This document shows positions 51,868 to 52,292 of a stretch of 52,292 nucleotides of DNA, piece after piece. Origin of the DNA: Conidiobolus incongruus B7586 (Eukaryota); contig JNEM01012590.1 in NCBI GenBank assembly GCA_000697335.1, positions 1-52,292 on the forward strand, given 5' to 3'. The position numbers and the translations under genes are program-made. The first letter of the stretch is position 1. Each line of letters opens with the position of its first letter. Below the pieces are notes generated by a model. The model searched no databases. It worked only from the letters and a program-made list of their open reading frames with translations, and had not been told where the DNA came from.

Positions 51868-52187
51868 TGTCACATATTTATCTAATTAATCTATATATAT
51901 TTATCTTTTATATTAGTTTATCTATAATTTACCTCTTATTCTATTTTCCCTTAAATTAATCTATTCTTATCCTAATATAAAGTGAGAAGAAATATAACAG
52001 GGATTTATTTATCTACCTATCTATCTATTTATTTATTTATCAATTTATTTAATTATCTAGCTATAACTTTAAGTCTTTATTAAAGATTCCTAATAAAACT
52101 TTATAACTATATTCTAATCCTATAACTTATCAATAATCTAACTAAATTTAATATAATAATCTTAGTTTTTAGCACTAAAATAATATA
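51868..52187 (+). repeat. 3' LTR of the chromovirus
   Basis: Starts TGTCACA after an A-rich tract (probable decayed PPT); followed immediately by TSD GTTAT. Confidence 0.9.
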
Positions 52188-52292
52188 GTTATACTAAATT
52201 AATTTTTTTATTATTTTTAATAAATAAATATTTTAAATATAAATAAATTTTAATTTTTTTAATAGATTATATTAAGTTATAGTTTTTTATTT

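Larger units (their letters stand above)
46120..52187 (+). mobile_element. Full-length but hypermutated Ty3/gypsy LTR retrotransposon with chromodomain (chromovirus), 6068 bp
   Basis: 320-bp LTRs; TSD GTTAT at 46115-46119 and 52188-52192. Domain order: PR (ILLNTSVT for LLDTGA, 48151); RT (LIDKGFIYPLTSP*G...KKKDSRLYFCIDF*ALNKITIKD from 49026; YFNDILIF at 49411); RNase H (INAFSYII ~49855; NYLIHKYEL 50032); IN (ISINFI 50758, VVID*LSK 50815, IVTNKNTKFT 50938, LPPDLKIHLIFYI 51529); chromodomain (KILNHRK..QYLI**LRY...AT*ED, ~51680-51770). Confidence 0.93.

Overview
AT-rich eukaryotic (fungal) genomic DNA with short GT..AG spliceosomal introns and the standard genetic code. Gene content (MCM8 remnant, PTS2-type citrate synthase, secreted M14 carboxypeptidases) suggests an early-diverging fungus, possibly Entomophthoromycotina; this is inference only. 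Genes: two M14A carboxypeptidases, ALDH7, MOCS2A, mitochondrial ACP, Sm-G, a Cdc15/Hof1-like F-BAR/SH3 protein, two DUF4203-like membrane paralogues (one with an in-frame stop), a ~12-exon citrate synthase, an MCM8 pseudogene, a small secreted PQ-rich protein, an SDR and a GRAM/VASt-like protein. The most notable structure is absent from the ORF track. (1) Two identical tRNA-Phe genes each carry a solo LTR of one family exactly 10 bp upstream, in opposite relative orientations, implying a tRNA-gene-targeting retrotransposon. (2) A full-length ~6.07-kb chromodomain Ty3/gypsy element with both LTRs and a 5-bp TSD has been destroyed mainly by C>T/G>A transitions (RIP-like). (3) It is nested in one of three similarly hypermutated mariner-type (DD34D-like) relics. 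(4) A ~585-bp inverted repeat pair with a Pol III A/B-box-like head brackets an 8.6-kb block. Alignments and counts were done by eye.
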